Source: a virus
Lineage: Duplodnaviria; Caudoviricetes
Direction: 5' to 3' (one strand)
IMG/VR virus record: IMGVR_UViG_2831987924_000001
DNA: 64,000 bases
Within the stretch, counting starts at the first letter, position 1; every line of letters begins with the position of its first letter. The translations under genes and the position numbers were made by a program. The notes under the pieces are model-generated. The model searched no databases. It saw only the letters and a list, made by a program, of their open reading frames with translations, and was not told where the DNA came from. This document shows, in pieces, positions 29,395 to 38,966 of this stretch.

Positions 29395-30546
29395 TTACTT
29401 TTTCTGTTTGTATTTATCAATGTGTGGTTTAATTTCTTTGTTAAAGAATTCAATTGGAACAAATTTCTTTAAGGTGAAAGTGTTGATTAACTCTTTGCCA
29501 ATTGACCATGAATCTTTACCCGTATCCCCTGCTGCCAATACAAAAGTAGGTGGATTTGCTAATCTCCATAAGCCTCCTGCAATAATCATTAGTTTAACAA
29601 TGAATACAAATGCGCCTTCTGGTGTAAAGTTTCTTGTTCCGAAGATGAGAACTCCCAATAAGCAAATGAAGATGGAGTAGGTAATCTGCATTAATGATAA
29701 TTGTTTCATATGTTTCCACCATTTATGGAATAAATGGCGGTAATCATCAAAAATCCAAGTGGTTAATGCTAATGGTGTTAATGTACCTAAAGTAAGAATG
29801 TCAAAATATCTGCGTCCGTTTTTCAGGAATATCGGGAAAAGTAAGCTAATTAATACAAGATCAAAACCAATGACAGCAATTAAGTCTAATGTTGACCAAT
29901 TAAAAGTGATCGCTTGTTCTTTAGCAATGTAACTTCTTCCAATTGATGAGATGGATTGTGATAATTTGTTTAGTAATTCAAATGCTTTTTCATAAAGAAT
30001 TGGCGCAAATCCTGCTCCTGCCACAGCAACAGGGAATCGTTTTAGAATAGTGGAGAATTTCGTATAGTGAATGCTTTTGTGGTTATACATTTTTTTAAGG
30101 CTTTCGATGATGGTCAAGATGATCACTACAGCTACTGAAAGGATAGAAAATACAAGTGTTGTATTAGAGAACCATGCGTTTTTAAATAACCAAATTGGCG
30201 TAATTAATATGAATTTAGATAGCAATTCGTAAATCCATGACAGTAAATTAACAGACATTTGAGGAATGTGTTCAGGTAAATGATTAAACCATTCGATTCC
30301 CTTATTGATTTGTTGCCATATTGTTTCCCACTGTTCTAATGACTCTTGAATTTTTTGTAGTGTTCCTTCATTTTGTAAATTTTCTTTAGAAAATGGATTG
30401 TTTTTTATGTTTCCTCTTTCATATAGCCATTCGCCAATTGTTTGTGCTTTTGCTTGATGAATAGTAAAGAATAATGAAGATGTAGACACTACTGTAAAAG
30501 GTATAGCGAGTTTTTTGATGAGTTTTAGAATGGACTTATAAACCAA
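29395..30546 (-). CDS. polytopic membrane protein, VirB6/TrbL-like architecture
   Basis: signal-like N-terminus (AKA-Q), several TM segments, R-x-F...L-x-L-x-PLAL...W-x-K-x-W pattern; start re-placed at TTG 30546. Confidence 0.55.
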   Translation of the reverse strand: MVYKSILKLIKKLAIPFTVVSTSSLFFTIHQAKAQTIGEWLYERGNIKNNPFSKENLQNEGTLQKIQESLEQWETIWQQINKGIEWFNHLPEHIPQMSVNLLSWIYELLSKFILITPIWLFKNAWFSNTTLVFSILSVAVVIILTIIESLKKMYNHKSIHYTKFSTILKRFPVAVAGAGFAPILYEKAFELLNKLSQSISSIGRSYIAKEQAITFNWSTLDLIAVIGFDLVLISLLFPIFLKNGRRYFDILTLGTLTPLALTTWIFDDYRHLFHKWWKHMKQLSLMQITYSIFICLLGVLIFGTRNFTPEGAFVFIVKLMIIAGGLWRLANPPTFVLAAGDTGKDSWSIGKELINTFTLKKFVPIEFFNKEIKPHIDKYKQKK

Positions 30547-31079
30547 CCTGAAGTGCCTAATAATTTGTTTGCTACAAACCAAATCAGAAGAATTAATGGA
30601 GCTGCGATAATGACTTGAAGAAATCCTCGTAGAATTGCATTGTTCCATTCCTTCACAAGTTTTTCTATCTTTGAGTTTGGTATCATTCTTAACATCCCTG
30701 ACATTACCAACATGATTAATGCTTGTGATACTCCGATCCCTACCGATATTGTTAGAACCCATTTTACTAAACTGATGATTTCTTTTGGAAACGTTGCTTC
30801 TGCTGGATTGTCTACGATTGTTGTTGGAATTGTATTTACAACCTCTGTCGTTGTTGCTGAAGCTATTGTTGGCAGTATGAGTGCCAAAAACGATGTTGCA
30901 GTTACTATGAACTGTTTTGCCGTCTTTTTTATCTTCTTCTTTTCGGATGGTCTTAAACTCATCACCTCCTTGATTAGATTTGGATGTATAAAATTTTCTT
31001 TATTATATTCTGTTTGAAAAGGAATATATTTAACCCCTTGCTGCAAGTTTTTCGCGGAGATCGTCAAGATTGGAGTCAT
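30525..31079 (-). CDS. membrane protein, VirB2/TrbC pilin-like architecture
   Basis: AAGGAG RBS; ASA-type cleavage-like site followed by two hydrophobic helices separated by a charged loop. Confidence 0.5.
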   Translation of the reverse strand: MTPILTISAKNLQQGVKYIPFQTEYNKENFIHPNLIKEVMSLRPSEKKKIKKTAKQFIVTATSFLALILPTIASATTTEVVNTIPTTIVDNPAEATFPKEIISLVKWVLTISVGIGVSQALIMLVMSGMLRMIPNSKIEKLVKEWNNAILRGFLQVIIAAPLILLIWFVANKLLGTSGWFISPF

Positions 31080-31239
31080 TATAAGCACGCTCCTTTCTTG
31101 TTTTGTTATTTCTTTTAATTTGATCAATGTGAACAGAATGGATGTAGTTTAATCCTGCATTAAGACCTAGCACTAATCCAGACAATAAACCAAGTTTAAG
31201 AATGAACTTAGTAGTAACAACAAAAACACCTGTTTCCAT
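31030..31239 (-). CDS. small membrane protein
   Basis: 69 aa, one TM segment, GGAGG RBS. Confidence 0.55.
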   Translation of the reverse strand: METGVFVVTTKFILKLGLLSGLVLGLNAGLNYIHSVHIDQIKRNNKTRKERAYNDSNLDDLREKLAARG

Positions 31240-31240
31240 T

Positions 31241-31435
31241 TTATTTTCCTCCTACTCGGTAATATTTAAATTTACCTTGTTTTTTGATTAGTGTTAATTG
31301 AACTGTATTTTTTAATGTCTGTTTCGCAATTTTATAGCTAATATAAACTGTTGATGTCACTACACACATTGTTTGAATGCCAATTAATGTCGTTAACATG
31401 ATGTTCACACTCCTTTTGTTGTTGTTAGTATACAT
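31241..31435 (-). CDS. small membrane protein (true start probably MLTTL)
   Basis: AAGGAG RBS, hydrophobic N-terminus. Confidence 0.55.
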   Translation of the reverse strand: MYTNNNKRSVNIMLTTLIGIQTMCVVTSTVYISYKIAKQTLKNTVQLTLIKKQGKFKYYRVGGK

Positions 31436-31515
31436 TATGCTTTAAATTACATATTTTGCCTGTCCGTTCAAAATTTTTTTATTTTTATTGAACCGATTCA
31501 AATAAATAAAAGTGC

Positions 31516-31947
31516 CTATTCTGGCACTTTGTAAAACATTTCTTCGATTGGTGGAAAATCAAGTGCAGCCCATATTTTAAGAAAAACTTCTAATGTTGGT
31601 TGAGTGCGATTGTTGACAATAAGATTGATGGTGGATTTATCTAATCCCGTTAGTTCAGCAAGGTCTAATTGTTTTATGTTTTTCTCTTTCAGAATTTTTT
31701 TGATGTTGTTTTTTAATTTGTACTCCCCAGTAATATCAAATCCATGAACAATTTTTTCATTGTATGTCTCAATTTTTCTAATGATTTCTATACAGCAGCC
31801 AGCTATAAAATCTTCAACAGTTGTATATGGTTTATCTTTATTAAATAAGCGATTTTTCTTGTTTTCGTATTCCACGATGTTTTCAATAAATTGTAATGTT
31901 GATTCCCTTAATCTTACTGGTACTTCAATCAGTTTTTCTTTTGTCAT
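31516..31947 (-). CDS. XRE/Cro-C1 HTH regulator with RHH-like N-terminus
   Basis: IKQLDLAELTGLDKSTINLIVNNRTQPTL. Confidence 0.85.
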   Translation of the reverse strand: MTKEKLIEVPVRLRESTLQFIENIVEYENKKNRLFNKDKPYTTVEDFIAGCCIEIIRKIETYNEKIVHGFDITGEYKLKNNIKKILKEKNIKQLDLAELTGLDKSTINLIVNNRTQPTLEVFLKIWAALDFPPIEEMFYKVPE

Positions 31948-32125
31948 GTATAACCCACCTCATTATTGGAGAATATATAAACAGCAACATAACACAAAAG
32001 GAGATGCTAGTCGTCATGTATTTGTTTAAAAAAGGTGTTGAAGAATATATTGAACAAATTATCGATCAAGGGAGAAAACGCTAATGTATTGGCAAGATTA
32101 TGAAAAACCTTCATGGGAAATTCGA

Positions 32126-32737
32126 TTAGAAAATACTCCAGAGTATGTCATACAGAAAACTGGTATGACACGCAAGGAACTGGAAAGACTTCTTCATTAT
32201 TTGCAAGAGGAGGGTATAATAATTGACTTCCCCTACAAAGATGTGTATGAATTGAAACTTTATTGATGACAAGGTGTCGGAAATCATTTGAATAAATTGT
32301 GTCCCATTCAATGTTACAGTATCAGAAGCATGTTGCATTTTTGCTAAAAATGAAGGATTGTTCATGTTTTGGATAAAGTCTATATAGGGGGAGGGATCAA
32401 TAAAGCGTCCTCCCTCTTTTACAGCAAAATGTAAGTGTGCGCCTGTACTATGTCCAGTGTTGCCGGAATAGCCAATTAAATCCCCTGCTTGAACAATATC
32501 GCCTTGTTTGACAGTTATCTGAGAAAGATGTCCATAAATAGCTGTCTTTCCGTCTTGCCATTTGATAAATACACCTTTACCAATGTTAGATGAACCAAAA
32601 TCAACTACTCGTTCTACAATACCATCTTTTATTGAGCGTAATGGTGTGTTTTCGGGCATTGCAAAATCAATTCCCGTATGTGGTCTTGTTCTGAATGGCT
32701 CTTGTTCAAGAAATCGAGATGTGATTCTGTAAGTCAT
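32126..32737 (-). CDS. M23 family peptidoglycan peptidase with hydrophobic C-terminus
   Basis: HTGID, YGHLS, GYSGNTGHSTGAHLHF. Confidence 0.9.
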   Translation of the reverse strand: MTYRITSRFLEQEPFRTRPHTGIDFAMPENTPLRSIKDGIVERVVDFGSSNIGKGVFIKWQDGKTAIYGHLSQITVKQGDIVQAGDLIGYSGNTGHSTGAHLHFAVKEGGRFIDPSPYIDFIQNMNNPSFLAKMQHASDTVTLNGTQFIQMISDTLSSIKFQFIHIFVGEVNYYTLLLQIMKKSFQFLACHTSFLYDILWSIF

Positions 32738-32892
32738 GATGTCACCCTCTTGATGAATTTTTAATTACAAAGTTGAATGAAAAATTTAGGTGATTTTTTT
32801 AAGTTGGATTTATAGGACAAATTTTATAGGTTGTTTTTTAGTATAGAAATTTTGAAGCAATTTTCTCTTTTCCTTTCACACTCTCAAAACCA

Positions 32893-32990
32893 CGTTTCCG
32901 ATGGCAAAAATCGTTTCCCACTATGGGAAACGTTCATGGGAAACGATTGGGAAACCATCGGGAAACGATGAGGAAACGTTGTGGGAAACG
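32893..32990. repeat. iteron array, candidate tubC centromere
   Basis: GGGAAACG-like 8-mers at 32925, 32938, 32949, 32960, 32971 and 32983; inverted copies at 32893 and 32912. Confidence 0.7.
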
Positions 32991-33084
32991 ATAATTAGGT
33001 ATATTGGTATATTAGTTTTTATGAGTTAATAATCGAATGAAATGCTTCATTTTTTGTCCAAAATTATTCACCATATTGCATGAA

Positions 33085-34206
33085 TTAACGTTTAAATTTA
33101 TTAATAAGACTACTTATATCCTTTACCTTTTCTTTTTTCGGTTGCTCATTTTTGATTTTGCTTAAAATATCCACAGCATTTGATTTATAAATAGTACGGG
33201 TTTTGATATGTTCCATTGCTTTTGTAGCCTCTTTCGTTTTTTCTTCTATTGTTTTTAAACGTGAATGACACCAGTCTAATCCAGTTAATACGGTTGTGAT
33301 TATATTTGATTCGCTTGTGTAATACCCTTCAAATAAGTGTAAGGGCATTTTATTATTGAACGGTGAAAAGATTTTTTGGTGATTTAAAATGCTCATAAAC
33401 TCCTCTTCTCCATCAAAGATGATCCCAGCACTAATGATTTGATTGTATTCAATATCTGCGAAGCAGCTTTGATGCCATGATTCTTTGATTAGATTAGCAA
33501 TGTCTGATTCGGAAATTTCGGTTTGATGCTTGAGATCATTTAAATTGCATTGTGCTATTGTACCTAAACCTTTAGTTTGGAATAGTGCTTTTAAATCTTT
33601 CTTATCAAATACACCATATTTTGAACTTTGTTCTGTGTATTGTTCTAATTGTTGAATGATTTGAATGACTTTTTGATTAACGGTTTTATAAAATACATTT
33701 TTCCCAAACTGGAGCGAGTTTGCGCGAAATTTCTCATTGTCGATCGGCAATGTGCAAATATCTAATTGAGATAAATCTTCAAAGCATTCTAAGCAATTCT
33801 TTTGAGATATATAAGCTTCAGTGGAGTCAGGAATAATTGGCATAGAGACAAATACTTTATCGGGCATTTCTTGACAAAGTATTTCCAATAAGACTGGTGC
33901 AATGCCACTTCCACTTCCCCCTGCTGTTGAAAATGGAACAAAAATGATTTCTATAGATGAATGTGAGAAGTTTTCTTTAACAAATGTGGTAGCTAAATCC
34001 CAGTTGTTAGCCATTAAACGTATTGCTTCACTTCTTGCTTTACCAATGCCTTCGCTTCCAATGAGTTTTAATTTTAGATTAACGTATTCAAGCGATTCAA
34101 GGTCACGTTCAGAGTAGTTTATGGAAGCGGAATAAAATCCTTGTTTCGCTGCTTCATCTGCAATATTTCCTCCAGCCTGCCCCAAACCTAAGAATGAAAT
34201 AAACAT
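33085..34206 (-). CDS. tubZ: TubZ-like tubulin/FtsZ-family GTPase
   Basis: GLGQAGGNIA, STAGGSGSG tubulin signature, IDN, FD-x-x-D T7 loop. Confidence 0.85.
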   Translation of the reverse strand: MFISFLGLGQAGGNIADEAAKQGFYSASINYSERDLESLEYVNLKLKLIGSEGIGKARSEAIRLMANNWDLATTFVKENFSHSSIEIIFVPFSTAGGSGSGIAPVLLEILCQEMPDKVFVSMPIIPDSTEAYISQKNCLECFEDLSQLDICTLPIDNEKFRANSLQFGKNVFYKTVNQKVIQIIQQLEQYTEQSSKYGVFDKKDLKALFQTKGLGTIAQCNLNDLKHQTEISESDIANLIKESWHQSCFADIEYNQIISAGIIFDGEEEFMSILNHQKIFSPFNNKMPLHLFEGYYTSESNIITTVLTGLDWCHSRLKTIEEKTKEATKAMEHIKTRTIYKSNAVDILSKIKNEQPKKEKVKDISSLINKFKR

Positions 34207-34490
34207 TACAAACAACTCCCCTCATAAAGTTTTTGAATAGCTTGCAACCCATATTGATTAATGTGAATGAGATGTTTTCTATTACCTGTAGCCACTTCAA
34301 TAAAGTTCATTGCTTCCAGTCGGCAAATGATTTTTCTTAATGTTGGTTCGCTGAAATTTAGTTCTGATACGATTTCTTGTTTTGTTCGTCCACTGAAGCG
34401 TGTTGTTGCTTCTTTATTGATGAGATAGTTAAGCAATTCGATTTCCTCAAGCGTTAAACGTTCCACTAATGATGTGAAATGTTGTTCCAT
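34206..34490 (-). CDS. winged-helix protein, candidate TubR adaptor
   Basis: 94-aa wHTH translationally coupled (TAATG) to tubZ. Confidence 0.7.
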   Translation of the reverse strand: MEQHFTSLVERLTLEEIELLNYLINKEATTRFSGRTKQEIVSELNFSEPTLRKIICRLEAMNFIEVATGNRKHLIHINQYGLQAIQKLYEGSCL

Positions 34491-34643
34491 TTCGCCCCTC
34501 CTTGTTTAAAAATGTTCAAATTAGATATTTGCCGAACGAATATGTGCAAGTTCGCTCAACAAATATCTTGATACAGTTATATGTCAGTGCGCTTGTACAG
34601 TTTGCATGTCACAAAAAATTTTTAAAAATTTTACGATAAGGGG

Positions 34644-34672
34644 TTGATTTAAGTAAAATATAATAATATAAT
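34644..34672 (+). promoter_or_regulatory. sigma-A-type promoter
   Basis: TTGATT-17-TATAAT. Confidence 0.7.
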
Positions 34673-34726
34673 AACATTAGTTAAATAAATTATAATAAAG
34701 GGAGACGAAGAAAGGAGGTGTAAATA

Positions 34727-34909
34727 ATGTCTTATAATAAATCTGAGGAGGTGATCGGTTTTCTAGAACTAAAAATCCTAGAAGACCGAGCAAGTGATGA
34801 AGAGTTGGAGTTTTACGAGAATTACATATGGTTTGGTAAGCTGGATAAGAAGTCTGGTACATATAAAAAATTGCTGAATGAATTAAAACGAGAATGGGAG
34901 GGTAAATAA
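34727..34909 (+). CDS. small hypothetical protein
   Basis: AAGGAGGT RBS, 60 aa. Confidence 0.7.
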   Translation: MSYNKSEEVIGFLELKILEDRASDEELEFYENYIWFGKLDKKSGTYKKLLNELKREWEGK

Positions 34910-35169
34910 TGGGATATTCGAGAGATGAACAAGAAACAGTGTTGGTGTATAGTGATGGCGAATGGAGTGTTTATTCAACTGTGCCAAAGCATATTCGTAA
35001 GTTTTTAGAGATTGCTGAAATGGAAATATTAGAGTATGAGGATGATAGGCCAATAGCAATCAAAGGTAAGTTATCAGAACGTAATATTTCCATCAAAAAA
35101 GAACGTAATTTAAGTGAAGAACAAAGAAGAAAAATTGCAGAAAGGTTATTACAAGGTAGAAAAAGTTAG
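34909..35169 (+). CDS. conserved phage hypothetical protein (EQET...SEEQR)
   Basis: GGAGG RBS, translationally coupled. Confidence 0.75.
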   Translation: MGYSRDEQETVLVYSDGEWSVYSTVPKHIRKFLEIAEMEILEYEDDRPIAIKGKLSERNISIKKERNLSEEQRRKIAERLLQGRKS

Positions 35170-35389
35170 GTGGATTTTTTAATTGTGTAGAATGAAAAAA
35201 TACATAAATGTTTAGGTTTGAGTTTTTAATTATACATAATAAAAATAATTATAATAATATTTGTTTGATTAATTGTATTAGGTTAAGGTAAGAGCTAAAG
35301 TTTTATATTGTACATAATGAAAAAATAGATGGGAAACTGATGTTGGATGGATATGTATTGTTGATATATAAGAAGGACGGTGTTGGTAA

Positions 35390-36091
35390 ATGGGTGTAGT
35401 TAAACGGGATGTACATAAGAATGAATATTTATATCGAGTTATTAGCTTTTCTGATGTAGATTGCATTAAAGGTCTTATTAAACATAGATCAATGATCGAT
35501 ATTTATTATGAACCTGCTTTAAAGCATATTGATGAAATTAATCAAATTGCCATTCAAATTGCCGAAATTGAAATGAATAAAAAGAATCAAGAACGTTTCG
35601 AGAAATTGAAGAAAGAGGGTAAAATTCCTAAAAATAAAAAATATAAATATAAAAAATTTTATAAGAATAAAAGAGATGACATCATTGAAGCAAGCAATAT
35701 TACAGAATTAAATCAAGAATTGATTTGTGTATATGCTGATTTAGATAATTTAATCAAAAAAACATCTTTAACAGACAAACAAAGGGATATTATTGAAAAA
35801 TTCATGTCTGGATTAGATGAATATGACATTGGGTTGCTTTATAAACAACGAGCAGACAAAATTTTAAACATTTTAGATACTGCTTGTGAAAAAATTTGTA
35901 ATGAGTACAAAAAGAGATGGAAATATGTAATGGCTGAACAAGATTATATTAAGGTTGAGTGGGATTATAAGAAATGTAGTAAATGTGGAGAATTGTTACC
36001 TTTAACTGAAGATTTTTATAGAAAACGCGAAGATAGTGCTGATGGATTTAGAAATGAATGTAGAAAATGTGAAGTTTCGGCGAAAAAATAG
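35390..36091 (+). CDS. sigma-70 region-4-like regulator with C-terminal zinc finger
   Basis: LTDKQRDII...G-x-x-EYDIG...ACEKI; CSKC...CRKC. Confidence 0.65.
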   Translation: MGVVKRDVHKNEYLYRVISFSDVDCIKGLIKHRSMIDIYYEPALKHIDEINQIAIQIAEIEMNKKNQERFEKLKKEGKIPKNKKYKYKKFYKNKRDDIIEASNITELNQELICVYADLDNLIKKTSLTDKQRDIIEKFMSGLDEYDIGLLYKQRADKILNILDTACEKICNEYKKRWKYVMAEQDYIKVEWDYKKCSKCGELLPLTEDFYRKREDSADGFRNECRKCEVSAKK

Positions 36092-36142
36092 GGAGAAATT
36101 AAAGACTTTTTGTAGTATGAAATATAGTGAGGAGGTATAATT

Positions 36143-37045
36143 TTGTATTTTTATATTAAAACGCCAGATGGTAAAGTTACAATTACTTTTGATAAAAATA
36201 CAACTTTTGAAGAGAAACTTGAAATTTTAAATAAAAAAATTTTTGATCAATATAAAGATTTTTTAATGGAATATAAACATACAGCTAAAGCAAAGAAAAT
36301 GTTGCTTGATTGTACAAATTTTTTAATTATGGGAAGAAATAATAAAACTACTTTAACACCAAGAAAACTTAAAAGGATTAATGAGAAAGAATTGCCTTTA
36401 ACATATATGAAAAATAAATTTATTGAAGAGTATTTATATGGTTCTCCAAGCGAAGATTATGATGATTACTATGTTTTTGATAGTGAAACAGAATATGTTG
36501 AGCAAGATATACCCAAAGAATTACTTAAAGATTATTGTAATTTGAGAATCAAGGAAATAAATCGAATTGAAGATTCACGAAAACAAAAAGACAATGATGA
36601 TAAAAGTAGTTGGGAGAACTCAAAAACATATAAAATTAATCAATTATACTCCTCTGCCGATAAGTATGGGGAAGTTACAGACGACAGAGTAAGTATATAT
36701 TACATAAGTAAAGATAAATTAGTCGAATACATAAACAATGAAAACCTTAAATTTAAAGGTGATATAAAAACAAAGAAAATATTAGTACATAAAGGTAGAC
36801 AAGGAATAATTGATAAAAATAAACCTTACATAGCTGAATGGAAACGAGTTAATACAAATAATGAGTTCGAATTTAATAAAAATAAATATAAAATATCTAA
36901 CAAATTAAAACAATATCAATTGGACTTAGACAGTAATAAATACATAATGGATTCGGTTTTGTGCTATTACATACCACATGAAGATAAGTATTATTTCTTT
37001 GATGAAAACATTGATGAAATTACTAAGTATGTTAAACAGGTTTAA
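36143..37045 (+). CDS. hypothetical protein
   Basis: 300-aa ORF, GAGGAGG RBS. Confidence 0.75.
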   Translation: MYFYIKTPDGKVTITFDKNTTFEEKLEILNKKIFDQYKDFLMEYKHTAKAKKMLLDCTNFLIMGRNNKTTLTPRKLKRINEKELPLTYMKNKFIEEYLYGSPSEDYDDYYVFDSETEYVEQDIPKELLKDYCNLRIKEINRIEDSRKQKDNDDKSSWENSKTYKINQLYSSADKYGEVTDDRVSIYYISKDKLVEYINNENLKFKGDIKTKKILVHKGRQGIIDKNKPYIAEWKRVNTNNEFEFNKNKYKISNKLKQYQLDLDSNKYIMDSVLCYYIPHEDKYYFFDENIDEITKYVKQV

Positions 37046-37095
37046 TCGCCTGTTTAAAATAAAAATTCTAAAGGAGTAAAAGGAGGAAATTTATT

Positions 37096-37368
37096 ATGAA
37101 TAAAAAGGAATTGATTAAAGATGTTGTGGAAGCTACTGGATTCCCTAAGAAAGATGTGACTGCTGTAGTTGATGCTACATTTGATAAAATCACGAAGGCT
37201 CTTAAAAATGGTGATAAGGTTAAATTGTCTGGATTCGGTAATTTTGAAGTTCGTGAACGTGCTGCTCGTAAAGGAAGAAATCCACAAACGGGTGAAGAAA
37301 TTGAAATTCCAGCAAGTAAAACCCCTGCTTTCAAACCTGCTAAAGCACTTAAAGAAAGTTTAAAATAA
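37096..37368 (+). CDS. hup: HU histone-like DNA-binding protein
   Basis: MNKKELI...[28 protein letters not shown]. Confidence 0.95.
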   Translation: MNKKELIKDVVEATGFPKKDVTAVVDATFDKITKALKNGDKVKLSGFGNFEVRERAARKGRNPQTGEEIEIPASKTPAFKPAKALKESLK

Positions 37369-37436
37369 ATTATAAAAATTAATCCGAGTAGGCACTCTCC
37401 CCTACTCGGAAATCTATATAAAGGTGGGTTTGGGGT

Positions 37437-38681
37437 GTGGGGAAATATTATGTAGCAGATACGAATGTTCTTTTAGATTCTATTGAGCAGTTACAAGGAT
37501 ATAAAGTAGTCCTTCTTTCACATACACTTAGGGAATTAGAAAAACATAAATCAAACCATAACTTTCAATTAGCATATAAAGCCCGTAAAGCTAGTCGATT
37601 TATTAAAGAAAATATTGATCAGTTCCATTTTGATTCCAAAGATTATGATGGTAGCTTAATGGGTTCACAATACTCTAAGGACTATGAAGACAACAATATT
37701 ATTAGGGCTTGTTTTGAAAATGATTATGGTTTAATTACTAAAGATGTATTGCTTCAATTCAAAGCTAAATCTTTTGGTATTGAAGTAATTGATTTAAACA
37801 CTGATTTAGATACTGGCTATAAAGGCTATAAAGAGATTTATCTTGATACGACCAAAGATGAAGACAACGTGATTTTAGCTAGTTTATATGAAAATCCTGA
37901 AAATAATACATATAATCTTTTGACAAATGAATACTTAATTGTTTGGGATTTATCTAAACCCACATACAAAAATGGTGTAAAAGTTGGTTATGAACCGATT
38001 GATAAGTTTAAATTTAACGGTCATAAACTAACTAAATTAAATTATAAAAGATTAAATAATACATTCACAGGAAAAGTTAAACCAATTAATGTAAAACAAG
38101 AAATCGCTTTTGACATGCTTCAAGATAATAATATCAAAGTTAAATCGTTATTTGGTAATTTCGGAACAGGTAAAGATTTTTTAATGATTACTCATGCAGT
38201 TGATATGCTACTAGACAAATCTAATAAGATTGAAAAAATCGTATGGGTGCGAAATAACATTCAAGTTGCTGATACAAATGATATTGGCTTTTTACCTGAT
38301 TCACTTGAGGATAAACTAAAACCATTTCTCGCTCCCCTACTCGATCATATTGGTGGAGATGAAGGTTTGAATTTCTTAGGAAATAAGATTGAAATCCAAC
38401 ATTTGGGATTTATTAGAGGGCGAGATATTAAAAACGCCATAGTGTATGTAACTGAGTGCCAATCTAATACAGAAGATCATATTAAGTTACTGTTGGGACG
38501 TGTTGGTGAAGGTTCAATGATTTTCTTTAATGGTGATACACGTCAAGTTGATGCGGATAAATTTAAGTATAACAATGGGGTATTAACTTTAAAAAGACTT
38601 GCTGGCAATCCATTGTACGGTCAAGTTGAATTAGATAAAGTTGAACGTTCTGAAGTTGCTAGATTGGCTGATTTGTTGTAA
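37437..38681 (+). CDS. phoH: PIN-PhoH protein
   Basis: DTNVLL PIN motif; GNFGTGK; IGFLP; FIRGRDI; GD-x-x-Q-x-D; ERS. Confidence 0.9.
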   Translation: MGKYYVADTNVLLDSIEQLQGYKVVLLSHTLRELEKHKSNHNFQLAYKARKASRFIKENIDQFHFDSKDYDGSLMGSQYSKDYEDNNIIRACFENDYGLITKDVLLQFKAKSFGIEVIDLNTDLDTGYKGYKEIYLDTTKDEDNVILASLYENPENNTYNLLTNEYLIVWDLSKPTYKNGVKVGYEPIDKFKFNGHKLTKLNYKRLNNTFTGKVKPINVKQEIAFDMLQDNNIKVKSLFGNFGTGKDFLMITHAVDMLLDKSNKIEKIVWVRNNIQVADTNDIGFLPDSLEDKLKPFLAPLLDHIGGDEGLNFLGNKIEIQHLGFIRGRDIKNAIVYVTECQSNTEDHIKLLLGRVGEGSMIFFNGDTRQVDADKFKYNNGVLTLKRLAGNPLYGQVELDKVERSEVARLADLL

Positions 38682-38762
38682 TTATATTTGGGTGACGCGT
38701 TGGGGGATACGCTCCAACTGCCACATTAAAATTTTACTTAGAGTAAAAGGAGGATTTATAAA

Positions 38763-38954
38763 ATGGCTAAAAAAGTACATTCTGTTTCACTAAAGGGTAT
38801 TTTAGATATGAATAACGTTGAAATTCATGAAATCACTAAAGATGGTGAATTTGTTTATGATTTAAAGAAAATTTTACATGAATTTCATGATAAACAAGTT
38901 AGTTTGGTGATTAAAGAGGAAAATGAGTTGCCTACTAAAGATATGGAAGAATAG
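38763..38954 (+). CDS. yonK: SPbeta YonK-like protein
   Basis: MAKKVHSVSLKG pattern and position before the phosphoesterase gene. Confidence 0.6.
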   Translation: MAKKVHSVSLKGILDMNNVEIHEITKDGEFVYDLKKILHEFHDKQVSLVIKEENELPTKDMEE

Positions 38955-38966
38955 TGAGGTGGTTCG

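Noticed and set aside
30547-30762. N-terminal extension of the 455-aa track ORF
   Set aside because: Overlaps the upstream membrane gene in another frame; a signal-like N-terminus starts near 30546.
32084-32266. Plus-strand 60-aa ORF antisense to the M23 C-terminus
   Set aside because: Has a plausible RBS but overlaps the M23 frame extensively; cannot decide from sequence alone, so not called.
32893-32990. CRISPR-like array
   Set aside because: Units are 8 bp with 3-5 bp gaps, with no spacers and no cas genes; fits iterons.
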